Source: Eledone cirrhosa
Lineage: Eukaryota
DNA length: 64,000 nucleotides
Assembly: GCA_964016885.1 (NCBI GenBank)
Contig: OZ024761.1
Span: 2,542,001-2,606,000, forward strand
Direction: 5' to 3'
A program made the translations under genes and the position numbers. The notes below the pieces were generated by a model. That model did no database searches. It was not told the DNA's origin and worked only from the letters and a program-made list of their open reading frames with translations. This document shows, piece by piece, positions 31,701 to 44,403 of the stretch. The stretch's first letter is position 1. Every line of letters begins with the position of its first letter.

Positions 31701-32489
31701 CCCTGACACCACTACACCACTCCTGACACCACTACACCACTCCTGACACCACTACACCTCACCTGACACCACTACACCTCCCCTGACACCACTACACCTC
31801 CCCTGACACCACTACACCTCCCCTGACACCACTACACCTCCCCTGACACCACTACACCACTCCTGACACCACTACACCTCCCCTGACACCACTACACCTC
31901 ACCTGACACCACTACACCTCCCCTGACACCACTACACCACTCCTGACACCACTACACCTCCCCTGACACCACTACACCACTCCTGACACCACTACACCTC
32001 CCCTGACACCACTACACCTCCCCTGACACCACTACACCACTCCTGACACCACTACACCTCCCTGACACCACTACACCTCCCTGACACCACTACACACTCC
32101 TGACACCACTACACCTCCCCTGACACCACTACACACTCCTGACACCACTACACCTCCCCTGACACCACTACACCTCCCCTGACACCACTACACCTCCCCT
32201 GACACCACTACACCTCCCCTGACACCACTACACCTCCCCTGACACCACTACACCACTCCTGACACCACTACACCTCCCCTGACACCACTACACCACTCCT
32301 GACACCACTACACCTCCCCTGACACCACTACACCTCCCCTGACACCACTACACCTCCCCTGACACCACTACACCTCCCCTGACACCACTACACCTCCCCT
32401 GACACCACTACACCACTCCTGACACCACTACACCTCCCCTGACACCACTACACCACTCCTGACACCACTACACCTCCCCTGACACCACT
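13744..32489. repeat. 20-bp minisatellite CACCACTACACCTCCCCTGA, ~18.7 kb (>900 units), running into the gap
   Basis: A 20-bp period is directly visible, with variant cores CTCCCC, CACTCC, CTCTCC and CTCCTC. Confidence 0.99.
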
Positions 32490-32689
32490 NNNNNNNNNNN
32501 NNNNNNNNNNNNNNNNNNNNNNNNNNNNNNNNNNNNNNNNNNNNNNNNNNNNNNNNNNNNNNNNNNNNNNNNNNNNNNNNNNNNNNNNNNNNNNNNNNNN
32601 NNNNNNNNNNNNNNNNNNNNNNNNNNNNNNNNNNNNNNNNNNNNNNNNNNNNNNNNNNNNNNNNNNNNNNNNNNNNNNNNNNNNNNNNN
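32490..32689. other. Assembly gap (200 N)
   Basis: Run of N. Confidence 1.
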
Positions 32690-33274
32690 AGTTTTGTCGG
32701 AATGGACGTGCACGGCGTTAGAATCCTTAATAGAACGAATTCTATTCTTCAGGTCTTGCTGGAAGGAATTGCTCCTATTCCGAAATTGATATTCCGAATG
32801 AGTTCCAAGACATCATTTCGAAGGGTAGCAATGCTGGTTTCCACGGAGGGTTATTATAGGTTTTAAATCCAAATTTATCCTGTTTGTTGTCTGCTTTTCG
32901 CGGATTATCGAAATAAAAGGCACGCCAAAGCAACCTTTTAATGAACGCGTCTGTTTTCTGTATCAGGAGTTTTAGGTATGTTTTCCTGCTTGGTACGGGT
33001 ATGTTCTTTGTATAAATATTCAGATGTTGTTTCTGCATGATGAATATAAGTCAGTAGAGTGCTCAACCGAAGGAGCCAAATAGTAATAATAATAAAATTG
33101 AAGACTAAAATCCAAAGAGGGCTCGATAAGGAAAATATATATCAAATATATAAGAAACCGTAGAGCAAATATTTATTAAATGACAGATTAAATTTTAAGC
33201 AAAGAATCAGTGATATATATTTTCCTTATCGAGCCCTCTTTGGATTTTAGTCTTCAATTTTATTATTATTACTA
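32690..33274 (-). mobile_element. 5' end of a Penelope-like element (Naiad-like), frameshifted and cut by the gap
   Basis: ORF 33038-32775 reads MQKQHLNIYTKNIPVPSRKTYLKLLIQKTDAFIKRLLWRAFYF...FGFKT. After two frameshifts it continues DVLELIRNINF / FQQDLKNRIRSIKDSNAVHVHSDKT, where DKT corresponds to the PLE 'DKG' motif. A 5' inverted repeat (33079-33143 and 33211-33274) abuts (TA)n. Confidence 0.75.
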
Positions 33275-35301
<2,027 letters not shown>

Positions 35302-35432
35302 TTGGAGCTCTGAAATAGCAATATATATATGGATGTATATATAATGTATTTTGCAATACACTTTATGCTTAATTAAAAGCATTTTGAAGACCGTATGCTA
35401 TTGTTTTAGAGTAGTGACAAATTCACTTACTT

Positions 35433-35529
35433 TAATCTCAGCAAACAGGGGAGATAAGCCGACAAGGGCCTTGTTTCGCTTTTGTTGAAGCTTATCAAGG
35501 CTAACAACCCCTCCTGTCAACTGAGATTA
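35433..35529 (-). ncRNA. Type I hammerhead ribozyme with U3-A8 core
   Basis: Reverse complement: ...TAGCC-TTGATAA-GCTTcaacaaAAGC-GAAA-CAAGGcCCTTG-TC-GGCTTA.... Stem I extends through TAATCTCAG/CTGAGATTA with an internal loop. Confidence 0.8.
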
Positions 35530-35771
35530 CTGATGTTATATTCTTATAGAATTCTAGTAAATAACCAGGAGCTGATTATACATAGCATACGGTCTTCAAA
35601 ATGCTTTTAATTAAGCATAAAGTGTATTGCAAAACACATTATATATACATCCATATATATATTGCTATTTCAGAGCTCGAATTCTAATTTTTAATTTCTG
35701 CTTGACCAACAATCGCTCTGCATAATCAGCTCCTGATTATTTACTAGATTTCTATAAGAATATAACATCAA

Positions 35772-35867
35772 TGATCTCAGTAAACAGGTGGGGTAGTTGG
35801 CCTTGATAAGCTTCAACAAAAGCAAAACATGTCATGTCGGCTTAACTCCTCCTGTTTGCTGAGATTA
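35772..35867 (+). ncRNA. Second copy of the U3-A8 hammerhead, G12>A
   Basis: GTTGGCC-TTGATAA-GCTTcaacaaAAGC-AAAA-CATGTCATG-TC-GGCTTAAC. Confidence 0.65.
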
Positions 35868-35971
35868 AAATAAGTGAATTTGTCACTACTCTAAAACAAT
35901 AGCATACGGTCTTCAAAATGCTTTTAATTAAGCATAAAGTGTATTGCAAAATACATTATATATACATTCAT

Positions 35972-36319
35972 ATATATATATATATATATATATATTATTA
36001 TATATATATATATATAATATATATATAATATATATATATAATATATATATAATATATATATATATATAATATATATATATAATATATATATATATATATA
36101 ATATATATATATATATAATATATATATATAATATAATATATATATATATATATAATATATATATATATATATAATATATATATAATATATATATATAATA
36201 TATATATAATATATATATTATAATATATATATATATAATATATATATATATAATATATATATATAATATATATATATATAATATAATATATATTATATAT
36301 ATATATATATATATAATAC

Positions 36320-36378
<59 letters not shown>

Positions 36379-36421
36379 ATATATATATATATAATATATA
36401 TATATATATATAATATATATA
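35972..36421. repeat. (TA)n-rich tract
   Basis: Directly visible. Confidence 0.97.
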
Positions 36422-36458
36422 TAGCACTTAGCTTCCAGTGTTCTACCACTATATATAT

Positions 36459-36541
36459 AGCACTAAGCTGGTACCTACATGCAAATAATTTATATATAGT
36501 ATAATATATACTATTAATAGATAAATATATATTTTTTATTT

Positions 36542-36577
<36 letters not shown>

Positions 36578-36661
36578 AAATAAAAAAATATATATTTATC
36601 TATTGATAGTATATATTATACTATATATAAATTATTTGCATGTAGGTACCAGCTTAGTGCT
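36459..36661. repeat. ~200-bp near-perfect palindrome centred on (TA)n
   Basis: AGCACTAAGCTGGTACCTACATGCAAAT...TACTA(TA)nTAGTA...ATTTGCATGTAGGTACCAGCTTAGTGCT. Confidence 0.9.
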
Positions 36662-36792
36662 GGTGAAGTCCTCTTTTTCCAGCTGTTTCAAGCAAGATCA
36701 AATCTCGAGAAGGTGTCTGCCCACGGCTGTATGGGCAACTAAAGCTCCTAACGAATGCCTGACTCAATTCTAAGTGATGACTATTTTTTGTT

Positions 36793-36912
36793 GTGCACCT
36801 GGGTACTGTACACATAGTGGTGTACCTGGGTACTGTAACACCACAGTTGTGCACCTGGGTACTGTACACCACAGTTGTGCACCTGGGTACTGTACACCTG
36901 GGTACTGTACAC
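36793..36912. repeat. Short imperfect tandem repeat (~28-29 bp)
   Basis: TGTGCACCTGGGTACTGTACACCACAGT occurs about 4 times. Confidence 0.8.
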
Positions 36913-38746
36913 AAACCTTCATTATTTCATATTCGAAGCCGGATACGTACATTTGGCTAGCTCCACATTTGTAGCTGTTTTGGTTACTATTTCTAGCAAC
37001 TCGAAGAACCATGCCGTGGTTTTCTTATTCAATTAGGCTATTTTACCAATCCCGGTAAAATAGACAAACATGCTTTTTAAGTTTATTTTGCCGGTCTCGG
37101 TAAAATTGAACCGCCAGCTATTTTGCCGGTAAATATTAGGGTTAGATTTTAAATTGTCTTAACAATTGGTCGTGAAAATAAACTTGTGTTAAATCTGTTA
37201 TTTTTAACATTACCAGTCTTCATAATAAAAATATTTACTGGCAAAATAGCCTGAGGTTCTATTTTACCAGGACAGGCAAAATAGCTTCTTATTTCTATGG
37301 TATGGAGTATCACTGTGTGCGATACGGTTTCAAGTCTCGTCGCCTGTACATAAAATTCGAACATGATTTTAAAGTGGTAATAGTTTGAGAGTTCAGAAAA
37401 TTTACAAGTTTTTCTTTTTCTTTATCTCTGAGCCGTATTTTTTTTTAGTGTAAGGTTCTAATGCGTATTTGCCTAGCAGTAAATGTTCCCATTTCGAATC
37501 TCTCTCTCTCTCTGCCTCTGCGCGCGCCACAGAAGCCGGGGAGGGGTCAATATAGTTGACTAAATCAAGGCAATACTTCAGCATGGCCGCAGTCTACTAA
37601 CTCGAAATATCTAAATTTAAAAATACTAAACCCCCCCCCCAAAAAAAAAAAAAAAAAAAAAAAACAAAAAAAAAACAGAGGGAGAAAAATGTAAAAATAC
37701 ATTTAAAGTTCTGCCAATCTTTAGAATCAACAACGAAAAGACCCGAAGGAAAGTCCAAGAGAAAGAAAGAAAACATTTCAAACAAAGGAAAAGTTCGCTA
37801 AAACGAAATAAAGCCTAAAGCAAGTTATTTCTTTTGGAATCGCAGATTAAGTCGTTAAGAAAAGCAACAAAGAATCTTTGAAGAAAATAATTAGTTCGAC
37901 TCCGACCAAAACTATTCAGTGAAGAAATAATATAAATTAAAATAAAATCAATGCAGCCAGAAAAGACTTTTAGAGAGCGGTAGGAGAGTTAGGGTATTGG
38001 AGAGGTGCAGGACAGCGAGGGGAATTGAGGTGGGTGGGTGTGAGGTAGGAATTGGAGAGTGATAGGAACTGGAGAGTTGGAGAGAGCGACGAATTGTGGA
38101 CAAGGAAGCAAATGTATTGGTGTAAGATAGGAATTGGAAGTGTGTAAGATAGGGGAGGGAAGGTATTGGAGAGATGTGTAAGATAGTAGGGAGCGAATGT
38201 ATTGGAGAGATGTAAGGATATTGGAGAGCAGAGTAACAGCTACGAACGATACCAGTTAAAATAACGCAATATCTGAGCCATATGAGGCCACACCAGTTGA
38301 AGAACTCTACAGGACTTGATTAGCAAATGACAAAGTATTAAATATGGTTAAAATATCACAGTTACTTTTAAAGTAATTTAAATATATTTTAGTATCTCAT
38401 CGAGGGGGACCCCGCCATTGTAATGCCTAATACGTGTCATGTTACAGACTCTTCACTTTTAATGGTGGTGGGCTTTCAAGAAGAACGTCCTTATATACGG
38501 CGACTCGTGTATTTAAACCCGCTACAGGTCTCAACCAATTTCTTTCAGAAAGACGGAAACTGCAAAAGCCAGACGTGTGTGTGTATATATATATATATAT
38601 TTATATATATTGTTATATTTGGGGAGGGTCATGCTATAATATTGCCAGAAATAATAATAATAAAACACACACTGTTTGGTTTGGGTTGGTTTTCGCTTCG
38701 GTATCTTTTATATCTCCATAGTTAATTTATCTGGCAAAACTATATA

Positions 38747-38802
<56 letters not shown>

Positions 38803-38803
<1 letters not shown>

Positions 38804-39165
38804 GATAACAAATTATCGTTATAGGTAATCTAGTTAGAGGTTGTGAGTACTCTGTATTATGGATAGTTTTAACGTACGGAGTTGTTTGACTCAACAAGAG
38901 GTTTTCTTAGTTAGCGAGTTCACGGGAATTCCTATGCAGGTTAATCTTGGAGTAATAATAGTGAAAGAGTGAAGAATAACATGGTCAACAGTACAAACAG
39001 TGTTTATTTACAGTATTAACAATTGTTTCATTGATTAGGATGTCTAAAGGTTGCTAATCACTTGAAGTTGTGTCACTCAACCTTCAATACAGTATATGCC
39101 TAATCAAATCATTGGAATAACTGACAAAATTATACTCTATGTTTGGATTTATACTACGGAGAATT
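38803..39165 (-). mobile_element. Dispersed repeat with a degenerate hammerhead (family shared with 51330-51570)
   Basis: Homologous to 51330-51570, where part of it is inverted. Reverse complement of 39011-39123: CAGTTATT-CCAATGA-TTTGATTAGG..long loop..CCTAATCAAT-GAAA-CAATTG-TT-AATACTG. Confidence 0.55.
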
Positions 39166-39552
39166 CAAATAACAACATCATTAATAAAGAAATAAAAAGA
39201 AAAAACAACAACAACAAAGAAGCCAGAATGAAGATAAAAAAATAAGTTAAAAAAATATATACGTGAAAAAAGAATATATATGAACACAATACGACTGTCG
39301 AAAGCAGTGGTGGTGATGGCTAAAGTGACAGTGGTGTGCAAGCACAAAGATGTGAGGAACACTACTAATATGAAAATAAATATTAAATGTATACATACAC
39401 ATGTATCGGTACCATATTATATATATATAATATGGTACCAGGAAAAAAACTAGGCAGGAAAAGGTGGACAGAAGGAGAAATTTATTGTGTTCAATCTTTA
39501 ACATCTTTCTGTACAATTACGTGAGTCTACATCAGCTGTATGTATGTATGTT

Positions 39553-40633
39553 CTTGTTTTGTCGACCTTAAGGCAAATGACCGCATTCCTCGGGACATAC
39601 TGTGGAAGACTGCAGGAGTATGGGAACGATAGCCAGCTTCTTGCTGCCCAGATGTCTCTATATGCCCGAGTGTTGGGATAAATGGTGTTAAACCCAAACA
39701 TTCAATGTGGGAGTCAGACTCCACCAAGAGTGCAAACTGTCACCCCTTCTGTTCATTATTTACATGAACAGGATTAACATGCGCAGCTGGGTTGGAAGTG
39801 GTGTCATGACTGGTGAGTGTAAAATCAGTCGGCTGGAATTTGTAGACTACATGGTGTTACTTAACTCGACAGAAGATGATCTTCGACTTGCACTTGATAG
39901 ATTTGATGCCGAGTGCTGTATGGCTGGAATGAAAATCGGTGGTGCTAAAAGTGAGACACTTGTCTTCTCAAGAAAACCTGCGCAGTGCACTCTACATGTG
40001 AATGGAGTTCCACTGAAGCAGGTAGAGAAGTTCAAGTATTTCGGGGCCGTGTTCACGACTGATGGAAGGCAGGAGGCTGAATTAAGTGCAAGAATTGCAA
40101 AAGCTGGTGCAGTAATGCACCAGCTTCAGCATTCAGTAATTAGAAGGGAAGTAGGTGTAAAAGTCAAACTCCCTATCTTCAATTCGTTTTTCGTGCCAAA
40201 TCTTACTACCCATGGTCATGAATCTTGGGTAATGACCGAAAGAATACGATCGCAAATAAAAGCGGCCGAAATGGGGGTCCTCCAAAGGGTCTTTGGAGTA
40301 ACGTTACTCGATAAAGTGCGTATCTCGGAGATCAGAGTCACTCCACGTAGAGCCGCTACTTCTCCGGATTGAGAGATCACAGCTCCGATACTATGGGCAT
40401 GTGGTTAGAATGTCTCGGGAAAGAATCGCTGGACAGATTTTACGGGCAAAACCAATAAGTAGGAAACCCAGGGGTAGACCCTAAGCAAGATGGTTGGATA
40501 ACATCCATGAGCTTGGCTGTTCTCACTTGGGGATCCAACCAGATCAGTTAGAGAGCTTCTGACAGGACCTGCTGGAAGGAGTGTTTGAGGACTCTGTCCC
40601 AATGACCCTCTCAGGAATAAGTGGGCCAAGAAG
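39553..40633 (+). mobile_element. 5'-truncated RTE-clade LINE (RT C-terminal half plus 3' UTR), decayed
   Basis: ORF 39707-40372 reads QECKLSPLLFIIYM...LEFVDYMVLL...GMKIGGAKSE...VEKFKYFG...GHESW. Downstream are frameshifted YYGHV and GRP motifs. Confidence 0.85.
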
Positions 40634-40729
40634 GTATATAATAATCAAAAAATATTTATGATAAATTTTCATATTTTAAACAAAAACATTCGAACACTTT
40701 ATTTCAAGTACTCTTCTACGGTTGCCCTA

Positions 40730-40793
<64 letters not shown>

Positions 40794-40812
40794 TATGTAA
40801 AGTGTAGATTGT

Positions 40813-40855
<43 letters not shown>

Positions 40856-41407
40856 GGTAGACGGCAGAGTTGAATAAGTACTCAATACCTAAATAGTTTT
40901 AATATTCAATATTATTAAGGCTAAAAAGTGACACACCCACACCACACATATACACAAATGAATGATCACACACACATATACACAAATGAACGCCCACACA
41001 CATATACACGTAAAAGAACGCCTACACACACATATACACGTAAAAGAACGCCAATATACAAACAAACGAACGTCCATACACACATAAACGACGCTCATGT
41101 ACAAACGAACACACAGCAGGTTTATTGAGCAAAGATCGAAGCGTGTTGGTGAAGGACTTTATACCAATCAGTTTATGGAGCAAAGATCGAAGTGTGTTTG
41201 TGTGTAATATTCACAAACAATGAGGTGACCCTTATTTTGATGCTTCAGTTTAGGGTTTAGTGAATCTTTGGGTTTTGTGTTACTTCTCTGAGTTAATATT
41301 TCCCGTTTTGTAACAATCGTTGATTTTCTACAAACTGTTTTGGTCACGTTTCTCATTTTTCAGAAATTTGTTACAAAATAATCTTTCGTTTCTAGTATAC
41401 AAGTATT

Positions 41408-42460
41408 GGTGTCCTTGGCCCTAGGACCACCTCCCTACTCACCGCCGTCAGCTCCTGGTGTCCTTGGCCCTAGGACCACCTCCCTACTCACCGCCGTCAG
41501 CTCCTGGTGTCCTTGGCCCTAGGACCACCTCCCTACTAACCGCCGTCAGCTCCTGGTGTCCTTGGCCCTAGGACCACCTCCCTACTCACCGCCGTCAGCT
41601 CCTGGTGTCCTTGGCCCTAGGACCACCTCCCTACTCACCGCCGTCAGCTCCTGGTGTCATTGGCCCTAGGACCACCTCCCTACTCACCGCCGTCAGCTCC
41701 TGGTGTCATTGGCCCTAGGACCACCTCCCTACTCACCGCCGTCAGCTCCTGGTGTCATTGGCCCTAGGAGTACCTCCCTACTCACCGCCGTCAGCTCCTG
41801 GTGTCATTGGCCCTAGGACCACCTCCCTACTCACCGCCGTCAGCTCCTGGTGTCCTTGGCCCTAGGACCACCTCCCTACTCACCGCCGTCAGCTCCTGGT
41901 GTCATTGGCCCTAGGACCACCTCCCTACTCACCGCCGTCAGCTCCTGGTGTCCTTGGCCCTAGGACCACCTCCCTACTCACCGCCGTCAGCTCCTGGTGT
42001 CATTGGCCCTAGGACCACCTCCCTACTCACCGCCGTCAGCTCCTGGTGTCCTTGGCCCTAGGACCACCTCCCTACTCACCGCCGTCAGCTCCTGGTGTCA
42101 TTGGCCCTAGGAGTACCTCCCTACTCACCGCCGTCAGCTCCTGGTGTCCTTGGCCCTAGGACCACCTCCCTACTCACCGCCGTCAGCTCCTGGTGTCATT
42201 GGCCCTAGGACCACCTCCCTACTCACCGCCGTCAGCTCCTGGTGTCATTGGCCCTAGGAGTACCTCCCTACTCACCGCCGTCAGCTCCTGGTGTCATTGG
42301 CCCTAGGACTACCTCCCTACTCACCGCCGTCAGCTCCTGGTGTCATTGGCCCTAGGACTACCTCCCTACTCACCACCATCGGCTCCTGGTGTCCTTGACC
42401 CCAGGACCACTTCCCTACTCACCACCATCGGCTTCTGGTGTCCTTGGCCCTACTCACCAC
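41408..42460. repeat. 49-bp minisatellite, ~21 copies, derived from CRE-like RLE coding sequence
   Basis: Unit GGTGTCCTTGGCCCTAGGACCACCTCCCTACTCACCGCCGTCAGCTCCT. Confidence 0.95.
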
Positions 42461-42469
42461 CATGGGAAC

Positions 42470-42645
42470 GGAGTTGGCTTCCCGTAGTAGTGGATAGTTC
42501 TGGTGTCCTTGGTCCTAGGACCACCATCGGCACGGAGTTGGATACCCGCAGGTGTGAGTCTCACGAGCCGGAATGATGCTTCCAACTCGTCTCCCTCACC
42601 ATCCTCTAGTGAAATACTTTCTCTATTCTGTCACCCGGATGAGGC
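42470..42645 (+). mobile_element. CRE-like retrotransposon 3' fragment
   Basis: Reads PVVVDSSGVLGPRTTIGTELDTRRCESHEPE*CFQLVSLTIL..NTFSILS. Similar to 13375-13470. Confidence 0.55.
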
Positions 42646-42750
42646 CAGCACGTGGGCCTCTATTTGTATATAATAGTGAGAAGTGGGGAGAGAGACAGGG
42701 GCAAAGTCTACTGTAGTTACCAATACTATTACTACTTTAGTTGTTACCAA

Positions 42751-43270
42751 TACTGTTGCTACTGTAGTTGTTATAACAAAGAGAGAGAGAAGCAGTGTCT
42801 ACTCTAGCTGTTACTGTTGCTACTGTAGTTGTTATAACAAAGAGAGAGAGAAGCAGTGTCTACTCTAGCTGTTACTGTTGCTACTGTAGTTGTTATAACA
42901 AAGAGAGAGAGAAGCAGTGTCTACTCTAGCTGTTACTGTTGCTACTGTAGTTGTTATAACAAAGAGAGAGAGAAGCAGTGTCTACTCTAGCTGTTACTGT
43001 TGCTACTGTAGTTGTTATAACAAAGAGAGAGAGAAGCAGTGTCTACTCTAGCTGTTACTGTTGCTACTGTAGTTGTTATAACAAAGAGAGAGAGAGAAGC
43101 AGTGTCTACTCTAGCTGTTACTGTTGCTACTGTAGTTGTTATAACAAAGAGAGAGAGAAGCAGTGTCTACTCTAGCTGTTACTGTTGCTACTGTAGTTGT
43201 TATAACAAAGAGAGAGAGAAGCAGTGTCTACTCTAGCTGTTACTGTTGCTACTGTAGTTGTTATAACAAA
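42751..43270. repeat. 61-bp minisatellite, ~8.5 copies
   Basis: Unit TACTGTTGCTACTGTAGTTGTTATAACAAAGAGAGAGAGAAGCAGTGTCTACTCTAGCTGT. Confidence 0.95.
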
Positions 43271-43844
43271 GCCTATCTATCGTATCTTCATTTCTCTTTT
43301 TATTTCCATTTTAACCCCACAAATTAGACCCGAACCTTTCACAAGTATACAAGAGATTCTCTTTTATGATTAATTCTTCATAAAAAATAAAGTTGTATTT
43401 TTGTCGCTGGATATATATTACCCTACGTTTGCTGGATATATTTTACTATTATTTAGATTTTGCTATTGTTATTTTATTTTAACATAATAAAATAAACAAA
43501 AAGATTCTCTTTCCTGTTAAGTATTTTCTGTATTCACGGATGACCGTAACTGTGGAATAGTAAATGTGATTTATACATGAAATATTCAGTAAATTGTCCA
43601 CAACTTGTATCATATGTTTCTACGCCGTGTCAGATACTCATGTTAGTTTTACGCTTGTTTTTTGTCAGTGAGCGGTCAAATTTAACATCGGTGCTCTCCC
43701 TTCTCTGCATGTCGGTTTCCATTTTGTTTTTATTATTACTACTATTACTTTTAGGTCAACAAAATGGCGGATATTTATGTTTAATTCTCTAATTCTACTT
43801 TACCACAATGAATGTCAGTCGATTTATTTCCCTTGATTTATTAA

Positions 43845-43910
43845 TTGTTGTTCTTTTTGTTGTTGTTTTAGTTGTTGTTTTAGTTGTTGTTTTAGTTGTT
43901 GTTGTTTTAG

Positions 43911-43943
<33 letters not shown>

Positions 43944-44016
43944 TAGTTGTTGTTGTTGTTGTTTTAGTTGTTGTTGTTGCTTTAGTTGTTGTTGTTGTTG
44001 TTGTTATTTTAGTTGT
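43845..44016. repeat. (GTT)n-type microsatellite
   Basis: Directly visible. Confidence 0.95.
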
Positions 44017-44274
44017 TTCGATTCACTGTGTTATATTTTTACTGTTATGGAAGTTCTCCAATGGATCTCTACTTAATGATGTTTTGTTTCGTACAACATA
44101 AAATATTATACTCATGGCGGCAAGGAGAGGGACTAGACAGGATAAACAGCAAGAGGAAATGTGTGACTAGACCCATTGACCTGAAGATGTTAAGTCAGTC
44201 GCACACATCCTATTAAGAGAGAATTCTACCTTATCAAATATTTCTCGGAGTTCCTGTTCTCCCCCTATCTAAAC

Positions 44275-44310
44275 TTTCCTGATGAAGAACTTAAATCGAA
44301 AACGCTGAAA
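44275..44310 (+). ncRNA. Degenerate minimal hammerhead in a dispersed repeat (family shared with 60745-60900)
   Basis: TTTC-CTGATGA-AGAACTTAAATC-GAAA-ACGCT-GAAA. The downstream CCTCCTCC...AACCTAATATA is shared with the 60.8 kb copy. Confidence 0.45.
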
Positions 44311-44403
44311 CCTCCTCCACTTCCACCAGGCGTGAACCTAATATAACTGTGCACAATTACCCCCTGTGTTTTGTTCGTTCATTTCAATTGTGTGTGTATA
44401 TAT

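Larger units (their letters stand above)
35295..35971 (+). mobile_element. Retrozyme-like element B (inverted copy plus partial tandem, ~317 bp period) in (TA)n
   Basis: 35295-35581 is the reverse complement of the unit. The direct repeat ATAGCATACGGTCTTCAAAATG... occurs at 35582 and 35899. Two hammerhead copies are present. Confidence 0.8.

Noticed and set aside
13744-32489. CRISPR-like or telomeric array
   Set aside because: There are no unique spacers and no cas genes in this eukaryotic context. The unit is not TTAGGG-like.
37402-37600. Possible first coding exon on the minus strand (MLKYCLDLVNY...)
   Set aside because: No recognisable domain or clear splice donor; it includes a (GA)n run.
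41408-43270. CRISPR-like arrays (49-bp and 61-bp repeats)
   Set aside because: The units are contiguous and near-identical, with no spacers.
43560-43800. Promoter-like AAAATGGCG (YY1-type) motif
   Set aside because: A single short motif with no associated gene evidence.
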